From an uncultured delta proteobacterium (GTDB lineage Bacteria > Desulfobacterota > Zymogenia > Zymogenales > Zymogenaceae), in contig CAWBYW010000016.1 of assembly GCA_963792965.1 (NCBI GenBank), positions 115,925 to 179,924 on the forward strand: a stretch of DNA of 64,000 bases. The letters are read 5' to 3'. The position numbers and the translations under genes were made by a program. Below the pieces are notes generated by a model, which did no database searches, was not told where the DNA came from, and saw only the letters and a list, made by a program, of their open reading frames with translations. Below, piece after piece: positions 40,486 to 50,567 of this stretch; positions within the stretch are counted from its first letter, which is position 1, and each line of letters starts with the position of its first letter.

Positions 40486-41619
40486 TTAGTTCAGTATCTT
40501 GAACCGATAATAACCCAAAAAATGGTCGTTCTCTCTTACCGGCCGCCAGCGCTCGTCCGGATGCACTTTGAGCGTGGCGAGCCTGACCTTCCTCACGTCC
40601 CCGTTATCGTGGGAGCGCGGGCCGGTGTGATAGACGAGCCAATCTTCGTTTACGTCCGAATCGCTCTCCTTTCCCCACTCGCCGAGGTAGATCATCATAT
40701 GGGAGGGCATCCGGGGGTTTTCCGGGTTGAAGAAAAAGAGGAGATCACCGGGAAGAATACCCTTCTCGGTTCGCCCGAGGAACACGACGTTGTACTGAAG
40801 CAGCGCCTCGGCCGATGCCGCCGCAGAAAAGTTGACGCCGATATCGGAAGGGACAAACGGCCCCGGCGCCGTCCGAAAGACATCGACTCCCAGCAGCGGC
40901 ACGTGGGGATAGGTGTACTTCTTCACGTCGGGATTTGCGGGGCTGACCAGCGTCGCGTAGGAGGAAAAGAAAGCGTCGTCGTGGCGCTTGAGCGCCTCGA
41001 CATAGGCAAAACGCACAAGCCCCGCACAGTCCCGGTTGATCTGGTCCCAGTGGCGGTTCTTCTCGTAGACTTGAGATTCCGCGATGGCGCAGAGCCACCG
41101 CCGGAAGTTGAGGCGGTCTGTGTCGCCGAAGAGCTCCACCACATCGGGAAACCCGTCCCCGTCCCGGTCACGCATGTCGGGGATAACATTCACCTGTGCC
41201 CGGGCAGGCGCCACCCCCGGAGACTCGGCCCGGATCGTGAGGTCACCCGTCTCGAAGGTCGAGATGAGCGTGAGGGAGGCCGTTCCGCGGACAAACGCGA
41301 GCGGTCCTGTTTCCACCCTTGTCGTCGCCGGGCCGACAAGCGTCACCGTAAGGGGTGCGCCGCAGCCGCGCGCAACATTCCCCCTGTCGGTCTTTGCAAG
41401 GATCGTGATCTCCACGGTATCTTCCTTGTTGGCCCAGAGCGTCTGCTTTGACACGGCGATCTCGATGCTTTTGGCCTTTGCGCACGACGTGATCAAACAG
41501 GCCAACAGGAGCGTCGAAAGGATCGCCGCTCCGCCTTTAATCCAGGTCCTTGACCCTGATCTTAAACCCGCCTTGAATTGCATCACCGCTGAAGTTGACC
41601 CCCCCGTAGCATGAGACAA
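40486..41619 (-). CDS. DUF1175-like lipoprotein (Ig-like domain, DxDxDG Ca-type motif, NlpC/P60-like Cys region)
   Basis: Lipobox LITSC. DRDGDGFPD motif. FRRWLCAIAESQ...INRDCAGLVRFAYVEAL matches my recollection of DUF1175 (E. coli YfaT, encoded next to the A2M homolog YfaS). The likely start is the internal ATG at 41583. Confidence 0.55.
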   Translation of the reverse strand: MSHATGGSTSAVMQFKAGLRSGSRTWIKGGAAILSTLLLACLITSCAKAKSIEIAVSKQTLWANKEDTVEITILAKTDRGNVARGCGAPLTVTLVGPATTRVETGPLAFVRGTASLTLISTFETGDLTIRAESPGVAPARAQVNVIPDMRDRDGDGFPDVVELFGDTDRLNFRRWLCAIAESQVYEKNRHWDQINRDCAGLVRFAYVEALKRHDDAFFSSYATLVSPANPDVKKYTYPHVPLLGVDVFRTAPGPFVPSDIGVNFSAAASAEALLQYNVVFLGRTEKGILPGDLLFFFNPENPRMPSHMMIYLGEWGKESDSDVNEDWLVYHTGPRSHDNGDVRKVRLATLKVHPDERWRPVRENDHFLGYYRFKILN

Positions 41620-43280
41620 AAGATCTTCTGGTCAGTTCCACGAGCGGCACGAGCCGCTTTTCCGAATCCTGGTAGAGAAAGTATTTATAGTTTGCCGAGA
41701 TGTTGACGAGATAACCCTCGATCAACGACATGGCGTTGTTCCCGTCTACGTAGAGATAGAGGTCGTAGGCGTCTTTCGGCATGTCTTTTTGCGCCGAGAT
41801 GAACGCGGGCGACTTCACGAGAAAATCGCGGTCAAAAAGGCCGCCCGCCCCCGTCATCGAGGAAATAACAGAGAGGTCGTTGAGCTGCTCCATCGTCGAA
41901 AGGTCCCAGAAGAGGAAGAGCCTGTCATCCTTGAGCGCAAAACCAGGATTAGGCTTGACGGAGGCGACGTACGACGTCCCGTTCCAATCGAGGCTCTTTT
42001 CCCTGAACTGGCCCATATAGGAGATGTGAGCGGCGTCAAGCTCGAGGGGAGACGGGCCCGCATCTGAAGAATGAATAGCTGTAGAGCTTGCCGATATTGG
42101 TGGAAAGGGCCTCTTCTTTGCCCGGTGCCACCCCAACGGAGGCGATCGTCCTGAGGTACGGTTTTTCTCCCTCATACCCGATCCCGACGAGGGCCGCCAG
42201 CGCCCCCCTGCCGAGGTTGTTGATGATTCCACCCTCCAGGTCGAATCCGCCCTTGTCCTTCCATTTTTTCAGGATCGAGATGTAGTTTACCTTTTGGGCG
42301 ATGTCGGTAAACCAGACCTTCCCGAAATGGGTATAAAGGATGCCGGGGTCGAAGGCCCGAAACGCCACGAGCGCCGCCGTCTCGCCGGGCATCGCCGATA
42401 GGTCTATTGTCGCCTTATCGGAGAGCGACCCCAGCCCCGCCAGGAGGCTTTTCCCCTCGCCCCCGGTGTAGGGGGCAAAGAGCGTGATATCCGCGCCGGC
42501 CTCGGAAAAGGTGACCGAGAAAAGGAGCGCGTCCGTCCCCTTGAGAAGCCGTCTGGCATGGGCGACGATGCCCATCTCGGAGTCATCGGGGCTCATCGCC
42601 TTCGTTGAATAGAAAAGGATATGGTAGTCCTTTGGCAGGTGGGAGAGCCGATCCATGACGGCGGGGTTTCCGGAGAGGTTCTTTGGGTTTTGCCCCGTAA
42701 CGATGTCCCACTCGGATTTGAAGAGATCGGGGGAGTCGGAGACGATCGTATAGCCTTTGACGTTCTTGTAATAGATCTTCTTGTCTGTGCTCGCGACAAC
42801 CCAGACGGAATAGGAGCCCCAGTTTTCCTTCGTCACGTGGCTCGAAAAGATCGAAAAGAGGTTGATGAGAAAACCCTTAAACCAGCCCGTCTCAAGCAGC
42901 GCCGCCGAGGCCTCCTTTCCCTCGAGGGTCGTCCGATAGAAGACGGCCCGCGCACCTATGACCCACAGGAAGCGTTTCAGGGTCGGGCGAATCCCGGTCA
43001 TCTTCTCGATAGTCCCGAGCCTGGAGAGCATCGGGGCCGAGAGGTCGCTCTTGATCGGGCCCTCAAAGAGCGAAAGATCGCCGACTTCATCAAAATAATC
43101 GCTTGAGAGCAACGGCCTCAATCCTGCCCTGAGGTCCCTGAGGTAGACGAAGGAGTCTACGTTCTCCGGGATGATCTGATAGAGCTCGTAGGCGTCTCCG
43201 GCCACGGCACTAAGGGCCCCAAGCGAAAGGGCCGCGATAACGACCGCGCCGATCAGACATGCCCTGATCTTAGATCTCAT
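41537..43280 (-). CDS. secreted hypothetical protein (~580 aa, possibly DUF2138/YfaA-like by position), one frameshift as assembled
   Basis: ATG at 43278-43280 after GGAGGG, with signal peptide MRSKIRACLIGAVVIAALSLGALSAVAG (ORF 42036..43322). The frame changes near 42075 into ORF 41537..42232 (…AIHSSDAGPSPLELDAAHISYMGQF…). The family assignment rests on gene order only. Confidence 0.4.
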
Positions 43281-43299
43281 GAATCCCTCCTTTTCTCCG

Positions 43300-43890
43300 C
43301 TATCGGCCGATGGGGCCCGCAAATGACTCGGGATCGGCCCCCGCCCGGAGGATCGTATTGTAGTACCTCAGCGTGACGATGTGAATCACCCGCTCGCGCA
43401 TAGTATCGGGGGTCGCCTTCATGAGAGCGGGGAGGTCCTTGTAGAAATCCTTCAGCGACTCGTTCACGTCGCTCTTCATCTCGGGCGTCGGCGCGCCGGC
43501 ACGACCGAGGCCCGGAGGTTCTTGTATTCGTCCCACTCGGCGTCAAGGATGACGTCCAGCGCGTCTCCCACGGCACCTGTGTCCGTCCCGCCGGGCTGGC
43601 TGTAGTCCGTACCCGACGGCGTCTCGGAGACCGTGGGAGGCACAAGCATCCTGGTCCCGGGCGGCGGCGATCATCTCCCACTCGTGGCGAGGGACGTCCG
43701 GATCTCGCTTTTGCGGCTTGGGATAGCCCGCCTTGATCTGATCGATCGCAAGGGTAACGTCGGCAAAGACCCCCCCGACCTTCGGACCCTTCTCTCCGGG
43801 CGCGGGCGCCTTTTTTTCGCAGGCCCACGAGAAGATCAAGAGAAACGAGAGGAGCCCAAGAATCGGCCAGAGCAGTCCCGGTCGGGCGCT
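43300..43890 (-). CDS. hypothetical lipoprotein, two frameshifts as assembled
   Basis: Pieced from ORFs 43543..43839 (…LLIFSWACEKKAPAPGEK…HEWEMIAAARD), an unlisted third-frame stretch (…VSETPSGTDYSQPGGTDTGAVGDALDVILDAEWDEYKNL…) and 43300..43536 (…EMKSDVNESLKDFYKDLPALMK…). The 236-aa Arg-rich ORF 43277..43987 is the off-frame read. The 5' end is uncertain. Confidence 0.35.
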
Positions 43891-43911
43891 CAGTCCGTCC
43901 CGCCGTTTCCG

Positions 43912-44779
43912 TCAGGATCGGCCGAGCGCCGAGAGGATCTCGGCCAGCGCCCGATCCGAGCGATACGTATTGGTCTTGATGTTCCATCCCTTCTCCTTCA
44001 AACCGATTAAGAGCTGGGTAACCTCGGGCAGAAACGGCCTCACGCCGTCGAGCGCCGCCCGGTCGGAAAAGAGTTCTTCCGGGGTGCTGTCTAGTTTGAT
44101 CTTCCCCTTCTCGATAACGACGATCCGGTCGGCCACCCGGATGATTTCTTCCATGTCATGGGAGATGATGATGACGGTCTTGTTCTTGGCGTTGAGGGCC
44201 TTGATGTGCCGGATGGTCTCGGTCCTCGACTGGGGATCAAGTCCCTGGGTGGGCTCGTCGAATATGAGTATGGGAGGATCCATAGCGAGGATCGAGGCGA
44301 TGGCGACCTTGCGCTGCTCACCGCCGGAAAGGGTGAACGGCGAGCGCGTCCTGAGCCGGTCGATGTCAAGGTTGACGAGGCCTGCCGCATCACGACACTC
44401 GCCTTTCGACCTCCTCTTTCGAAAAACCCCCTCGGTTGACGAGGGAAAACGCGATCTCTTTCTCGACCGTCTCCTCAAAGAGCTGGTGCTCGGGATACTG
44501 AAAGACGAGCCCTACCATTTCCCGCAGCCTGCCGGTCTTCTTGGTGGCGGGCGTCAGGTCAAAATCACCGACGCGGACGCTCCCCTTCGCGGGCGTCAGC
44601 AGTCCGTTGAGGTGCAGCGCCAGCGTCGTCTTCCCCGAGCCGGTGCGCCCGATCAGCGCGACGAACTGGCCCTCCTCGATCGAGAGGTTCACCCCCGAGA
44701 GCGCCTCCTTTTCCAGCGGCGTATTGGGGAAAAAGACATGCGAGAGGTCTTTTATCTCGATGAGCGGTGCGGTCGTCAT
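43912..44779 (-). CDS. ecfA: ECF-transporter-type ABC ATPase (EcfA-like), one frameshift as assembled
   Basis: ORF 44390..44779 carries Walker A GRTGSGKTT and Q-loop VFQYPEHQLF. ORF 43912..44478 carries LSGGEQRKVAIASILA and ILIFDEPTQGLD. The frames join near 44400. Confidence 0.75.
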
Positions 44780-45033
44780 GAGACTTTGTAGACCATGTCG
44801 CCCGGCCGAACCCTGTCTTTGATCTTGATCCCCACGAGTGCGCCTGACGCGACCTCGGTTACCGGGGCGTTGTCGATCTGCATCGACTCCACCACTTCCG
44901 TGAAATCGGTCGTCGCACCCTTGAAGCGGAGCTCGTCCCCAACCTTGAGGGAGCCCTCGACCTTTATGGCGGCAACCGACGGCTTGGCAAAGAACTTGAT
45001 GACCTCTCCGATTTTTACCTCACTTGACATCAC
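44776..45033 (-). CDS. small EF-Tu domain-2-like beta-barrel protein
   Basis: 85-aa ORF. GSLKVGDELRFKG...VESMQIDNAPVTEVASGALVGIKIKDRVRPGDMVY follows the translation-factor domain II pattern. 4-nt overlap with ecfA. Confidence 0.5.
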   Translation of the reverse strand: MMSSEVKIGEVIKFFAKPSVAAIKVEGSLKVGDELRFKGATTDFTEVVESMQIDNAPVTEVASGALVGIKIKDRVRPGDMVYKVS

Positions 45034-45052
45034 ACTCCTCCTCCCGTGGTAG

Positions 45053-46524
45053 TCAGCATGATCTATCCTTATTCATTCCCTTCTCATGGCCGACAGGATT
45101 CCGTTTGCGAGGTCCGTGACCTCCCTCTCCAGGACGGTTCGAGGATCGATGACGAGGCTCTCGTCCGAGATTCGTGCGATAATGGTCGGATGCTTGCGTC
45201 CTCAAGCGTCTCTCGAGCGCCTCGGGGCTCTCGGCCAGCGGAGCAATCGTTACCACCCTTGTCGGGATCTGTGCGGTGGGAAATGCCCCGCCGCCCACTC
45301 CCGAGAAGTCATCGGCGGTCGTGACGTGGAACTTCGGATGGGGCGTGGCCGCCAGCAGCTTCACGATCCTTTTGGCCCTTTTCTTCGTCTCGTCATAGGA
45401 CATCGTAATCATCGCCAGGACCGGGATCTTTTTTCGCGCATCAAACGGGTCCCGATAAATCATCAGGGTCGATTCGACGGCGGCAAGCGACAGCTTATCG
45501 ATCCTCACGGCCCGCGCCAGTGGGTTCTTTTTAATGCGGTCCGATCGGGTCCGCCTCCCCTACGATGAACCCCGCCTGGGCACCGCCCAACAGCTTATCG
45601 CCCGAAAAACGTAATGACATCGACGCCCGATTTAATCACTTCCGAGACGGTCGGCTCATGGGGGAGGCCCCAGGGCCCGAGATCCATGAGCGAGCCGCTG
45701 CCGAGGTCCTCCATGACCGGGATGTCATATTTTTTCCCGAGCCCGACGAGCTCGGCGGTCGACACTTCCTCGGTGAACCCGACGATCCGGTAATTGGAGG
45801 TGTGGACCTTGAGGAGGAGCGCGTCTGGCCGACCCGATGGCGCTCTCGTAGTCCGAAAGCCCTCGTCCGGTTCGTCGTGCCGACCTCTCTGAGGCGCGCG
45901 CCGCTCTTTTCCATGACATCCGGGATACTAAAAGCGCCGCCGATCTCCACCAGCTCTCCCCGTGAGACGATGACGTCCCTGCCGTCGGCAAGAGTATTGA
46001 GCGCAAGCAACACGGCCGCGGCGTTGTTGTTGACCGCAAGGCCCGCCTCCGCGGAGGTGATATGGGCGATCAGGTCGGAAACGTGGTCGTGGCGGGATCC
46101 CCGCTCTCCGCGCTCGACGTTGAATTCGAGATTGGAATAGCCCGAGGCGATGCGTACGATATGCTCGAGGGCCTCCGCGGCGAGGGGCGCGCGGCCGAGG
46201 TTTGTATGCAAGATAATCCCCGTGGCGTTGATGACGGGCGCAAGCTGACGGCGTGACCGATTTGATCAGCCACTGCTCGATGAGCGACAAGAGCTCCGGC
46301 TCCGAGACTTCGGCGGGATGCTCTTTGGACATGAGCTCTTTTCGCGCGGACAAAATGGCGCCTCTCACCGCCTCCTTTACCACCATCCTCGGAAAGCGCC
46401 TCGATAGTTCCGTGACCATGGGGTGAGCCAGCAGCTTATCCACCGCGGGGAGTTTGGCGAGAGGGGATTTTTGTGCCGGGTTTTCCGACTTTCTTGGCAT
46501 GGCGCCGCTCGAGATTTTTTCCAT
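45053..46524 (-). CDS. selA: L-seryl-tRNA(Sec) selenium transferase SelA, about 6 frameshifts as assembled (possible pseudogene)
   Basis: SelA-diagnostic peptides are spread over all three frames. They include: KLPAVDKLL...[11 protein letters not shown]; [19 protein letters not shown]; [18 protein letters not shown]; [15 protein letters not shown]; [18 protein letters not shown]; EVGTTNRT; [16 protein letters not shown]; [16 protein letters not shown]; [24 protein letters not shown]. Shifts lie near 46245, 45860, 45835, 45600, 45545 and 45195. The restored stop is at 45073. Confidence 0.8.
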
Positions 46525-46787
46525 CTATACCATACTTTGACGGATTTCTCAAGGAAAATAAGGCTCTATGGGCGACGAACCTGACCCTCCCGCGCGGTTC
46601 TCAGTTCGGAAATGGAGATTTTGACCCTCAGGCGAGCGAAGGGCTCGGGGGGCCGAGCCCCGCCAAGACAAACGATTCCGCCGCTCATTATCTGACGGTA
46701 AAGGTAACTGAAGTCAGCTCCGCTCCACCCGAATCGGAGCCGTTCATGCGCAGGTCGTAGCTTCCGGGGGTCGTCGGGCCACAAGGC

Positions 46788-47792
46788 TTATAAATCCTCA
46801 ATTTCTTTAACCAGACTTCGGTCCAGCCGCGCCCCGTGGCTTGCCACCACCTGGGCGGAGATGTAGGCCGCGATCCTGCCGGCCCTCTCCATGTCTATTC
46901 CGTGCGTGACCCCGTAGAGGATTCCCGCCGCGTAGGCGTCCCCCGCCCCGTTGGTGTTGACGACCCGGACGGGGTAAATCGGCACCCTGATGACACGGTC
47001 GTCGGCCTTGATGAGGCTTCCCCGCTGCCCGAGCTTGACGACGGCCAGATCGCACAGCTCGTATATCAGAGACAGCGCCTGTTCCTCGTCATCCTTTCCG
47101 GTGAACGCCCTGGCTTCAAGCTCATTGACGAAAATGATATCGGCGTATTCCTTGACAAGGTCGCGGATCGGCTCAAGGTTCCTTCCGATGAGGGCGGGGT
47201 CGGCAAGATCGATGGAGACCCGTCCCCCCGACTCATGCGCGATTTTCATCGCGTGGACGCAGGTCTCCCTCAACAGGGGGTCCTCCAGCTGGTACCCCTC
47301 AATATGAAGGGTCTTGCTCTCCCTGATGTCCTCATCAAGGATATCTTCCTTCCTGAAATGGATTGCCGCGCCCAGATGCGTGGCAAACGTCCGCTCGGAA
47401 TCCGGGGTAATGAAGGTGATAGCGTGGCCGGTGCCTGCGGACTTGTGCCTGGAGAGCTTGGATGCGACCCCGTCTACGATCGTCCTCTGCTCATAGACCG
47501 TCCCGTGGTAGTCGTCGCCGATCTTGCCGAGGAAGACGGCGCTCCCCCCGAGGGCGCTGACGCCGGCCAGGGTGTTGGCCGATGAGCCCCCCGGGGCGGT
47601 CTTTACCGTGTAGCTCTCCAGCATCTTGAGGATCTTGGTGCTCTGGGCTTCGTCTATCAGGTGCATCTCGCCCTTCTTCATATCGATCTCGGCCAGCACT
47701 CCCTCGTCCACCTCGACGATGAAATCCAACAGCGGGCTCCCGATTCCGCAGACATCGTATCGCTTCACCGAATGTTCCTCAGGCTTCATCAT
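46788..47792 (-). CDS. PfkB-family carbohydrate/nucleoside kinase (adenosine kinase-like)
   Basis: 334-aa ORF. GGSSANT near the N-terminus and the NTNGAGDAYAAG anion-hole motif near the C-terminus. Confidence 0.75.
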   Translation of the reverse strand: MMKPEEHSVKRYDVCGIGSPLLDFIVEVDEGVLAEIDMKKGEMHLIDEAQSTKILKMLESYTVKTAPGGSSANTLAGVSALGGSAVFLGKIGDDYHGTVYEQRTIVDGVASKLSRHKSAGTGHAITFITPDSERTFATHLGAAIHFRKEDILDEDIRESKTLHIEGYQLEDPLLRETCVHAMKIAHESGGRVSIDLADPALIGRNLEPIRDLVKEYADIIFVNELEARAFTGKDDEEQALSLIYELCDLAVVKLGQRGSLIKADDRVIRVPIYPVRVVNTNGAGDAYAAGILYGVTHGIDMERAGRIAAYISAQVVASHGARLDRSLVKEIEDL

Positions 47793-47832
47793 CGCCCCAC
47801 CGATACTCTATTACTGTGCATTCCGTCACACT

Positions 47833-49409
47833 CTACCGTCCGAGCAGGAGGCGACCGATAATCGACCGGATCGTCTCGTCATCACGCCCGGTCGAGTCGA
47901 CGCCGAGGGAATCGGGCCTCTCCGATGCGTCGAGTGGCTCGCGGAGCAGCTTTTGCTTCAGGTAGACCTCAAAGGTCGCGTCCGACGCGTTTTTCTCCTT
48001 CATCCGCTTGGCAATCCTTCTCTTGACCACGTCGTCCGGGCACGTGACGGCAACTATAAGGAAACGCGCCCCGGTCTTTTCGGCGACGCTCTTTGCCTCC
48101 TGCCTCTCTTTGTGCTTGAGGAAGCATGCGTCCAGGATCACGGATCGGTTGGCCCCGAGCGCTTTTTCGGCGCGCGCATACAGGGTAGCGTAGGTTTTCC
48201 TGGTCATCGTGGTCGAGTAGATCCCGGATCCGAAACGGTCGTAGTGGTGAGCCAGAGGGCTTTGCCCCGCCAGCTCCTTTCTCACCTCGTCGGAGCGATA
48301 GACAATGCTGTCCATTTCGTCGGCAAGATCGTCGGCGATTCGGCTCTTGCCCGTCCCGGCAAGGCCGAACATGATGATCAAGAACGGGCGCGTCTCCCTC
48401 ACCGCATAGTGATGGGCAAGGTGAAAATAGCCCCGGGCCCGCCCGGCCGCCTCTTCTTTTTCTTCTGAGTCGATCTCCGCCTCTCCCAGCTCGAAGCTCA
48501 GCACCTTTCCCCGGGTAAAGGCGTGGTAGCAGGCGTAAAAGTCTATCAGCTCGCCGAGCCGTGTGTCCCCCGAGAGCCGCACATATTCTTCGACGAAGAA
48601 GCGCGGCAAGTCCCGGATACCTGAAGGAGTCCAGATCCATCTTGAGAAAGGCGATATCCTGGGCCACGTCCCCCATCCGGAATCGCTCGTTGAACTCGAT
48701 GCAGTCATAGATATAGATATCCTTTGTGGTGATGCAGATGTTTCTCGAGTGGAGGTCTCCGTGCCCCTCCCTGATAAACCCGCCCGCGACCCTCTCCTCC
48801 AAGAGGTCGGCCTTCTCCCTGAAGAAGCGCTCGGTATAGTCCTTGATCGTCTCAAAGTCGAGGGGCGGTATCGTCTTTGAGATATACTTTTTCGTCTGGT
48901 TGAAGTTCTCGTCGCAGTTGAGCCCGATCACAGGGATCGTCCCGTATCGGTTGACGTGCTGGCCCGTGCGCGCGGCGCGGTAAAACGGGACGAGGACCCC
49001 GACTATCCGCGCGATGTCGCCTCTCCCGACCTTCCCCGCGGCAAGCCCCACGTCCATCATCCCCCGCGCCGGGAGCCGCCTCATCACGACGGCGAAGTCT
49101 ATGACGGTGCCCGCGCCCTCTGACCGCGATGCGTGTCCCGTCATCCGTAATCGGCACCACGCCGAGATAGACATCGGGGCAGAGCCGCGCGTTGAGCGCG
49201 ACTTCCTGCTCGCAGTAGAACTTACGCTTTTCCAGCGTGGTGAAATCGAGGAATCCGAAGTCCACCGGCTTCTTGATCTTGTAGACGAGGTCGCCGGCGA
49301 TAAATACGACCGAGATATGGGTCTGGATGACCTCGGCCCGCTTGGGCCAGTGGGGAAAGCTCCCGGGCTTGCTGAGCGACTCGATGAGCGCCGTCAGGGG
49401 CATGGACAA
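47833..49409 (-). CDS. bifunctional APH-like phosphotransferase / P-loop (AAA_33-type) kinase, two frameshifts as assembled
   Basis: The reading path is ORF 48852..49409 (N-terminus, [20 protein letters not shown]), then ORF 47969..49174 (kinase core, [10 protein letters not shown]...[10 protein letters not shown]), then ORF 47833..48855 (Walker A GLAGTGKS). Frame changes lie near 49140 and 48620. Confidence 0.65.
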
Positions 49410-49493
49410 CTCCGATAGGGGAAAATAGCAAGGGGGAAAGACGGCTTCCCCCCACGTAACTCAGTCACAGGAATGATTCGCGCGCGCCTCTCA

Positions 49494-50567
49494 TTACGAG
49501 AAGAGGTCGTCGAAAAATCTTTTCTTCGTCTTGATTTTCAACAGACTGAAAATGTCCCGCTGAATGTCCCGGATGCTCTTTCCGGCCTCAACCATGACGT
49601 CCTGTTTGCGCCACTCGTCGAGCCGAAACGGGTGGTCCGACAGGCCCGACAGGTCAAAGCCCTCATCGTGGGCCTTCTGTACGAATCCCTGCGGCAGCTC
49701 GTTGGGAAGCGTCACGTCGTTCATGATCGCCCACACCATCGTCCAGAGCCGCGCCGTGTTGAAATGGTTGTAGCCGCCGCCCCCGAGCGCGATCCATCGC
49801 TTTGCGTTCTGGCGCATCTTCGTTACGGCGTGGACGTAGCCCTGGGTGGTGAGGTTGAGGTTTGCCAGGGGGTCGGTCAGCATCATGTCGCAGCCCACCT
49901 GGCTGACCAGGACGTCCGGGGAGAACTTCTCGATGACCGGGACAAAAATATCGTCAAAGGCCCACATAAAGGTCCGGTCGTCGGTCCCGTAGCGGAGCGG
50001 AACGTTGAGGGAATACCCTTTCCCCTTGCCGGCGCCGATCTCCTCGGTAAAGCCCGTCCCGGGGAAGAGGGACTTGCCGCTCTCGTGAAACGAGAGGGTA
50101 AGGACCCTGTCGGTATCGTAGAAGGCGGCCTGCACGCCGTCGCCGTGGTGCGCGTCGATGTCGACGTACATCACCTTGAGCCGCTTCTTGACCAGGTACT
50201 GGATCGCGATGACGATATCGTTGACGAAACAGAATCCCGCGGCCCGATCCTTCATGGCGTGGTGCATACCGCCGGCCATGTTGAAGGCGGCCCAGGCCTT
50301 GCCTTCGGCCACCGTCCGCGCCGCCGTCATCGTGTTCCCGAGGACCATCAGGGAAAAATCGAGGATGCCGGGGAAGACCGGGTTATCTCCCGGGCCGATG
50401 TTATATTTCGCGTGCTCGGGCAGGTAGGTGCCGTCGTTTGCGCTCTTCAACGCCTCCATATAGCCCGCGTCATGGTAGGAGAGGGCCTCCTCGATCGGCG
50501 CCGCCGACGAAGAGAGATAGAGGGAATTTTCGAGCTTATCCAGCCCATATGCGCGGATCAGCTCCAT
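49494..50567 (-). CDS. histone deacetylase-family protein (AcuC/acetoin-utilisation type)
   Basis: GGMHHA, FCFVNDIV and DIDAHHGDGVQ motifs. About 28 further in-frame conserved-looking codons (KKTALIIPEGFEKFNYGPGHPLKWERVTYA) extend to about 50650 without an ATG, GTG or TTG start. Confidence 0.8.
   Translation of the reverse strand: MELIRAYGLDKLENSLYLSSSAAPIEEALSYHDAGYMEALKSANDGTYLPEHAKYNIGPGDNPVFPGILDFSLMVLGNTMTAARTVAEGKAWAAFNMAGGMHHAMKDRAAGFCFVNDIVIAIQYLVKKRLKVMYVDIDAHHGDGVQAAFYDTDRVLTLSFHESGKSLFPGTGFTEEIGAGKGKGYSLNVPLRYGTDDRTFMWAFDDIFVPVIEKFSPDVLVSQVGCDMMLTDPLANLNLTTQGYVHAVTKMRQNAKRWIALGGGGYNHFNTARLWTMVWAIMNDVTLPNELPQGFVQKAHDEGFDLSGLSDHPFRLDEWRKQDVMVEAGKSIRDIQRDIFSLLKIKTKKRFFDDLFS

Noticed and set aside
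43277-43987. 236-aa Arg-rich ORF as a real gene.
   Set aside because: Its composition is implausible. The other two frames of the same strand together give a sensible lipoprotein with a lipobox and conserved-looking helices.
46525-46790. Possible tRNA-Sec (selC) next to selA. The region contains GGAAGCTACGAC..., a CTTCAG segment and a GCTCC/GGAGC hairpin.
   Set aside because: I could not fold it into a cloverleaf. There is no complementary acceptor 3' strand, the T-loop-like hairpin has a 9-nt loop, and no proper UCA anticodon loop is present.
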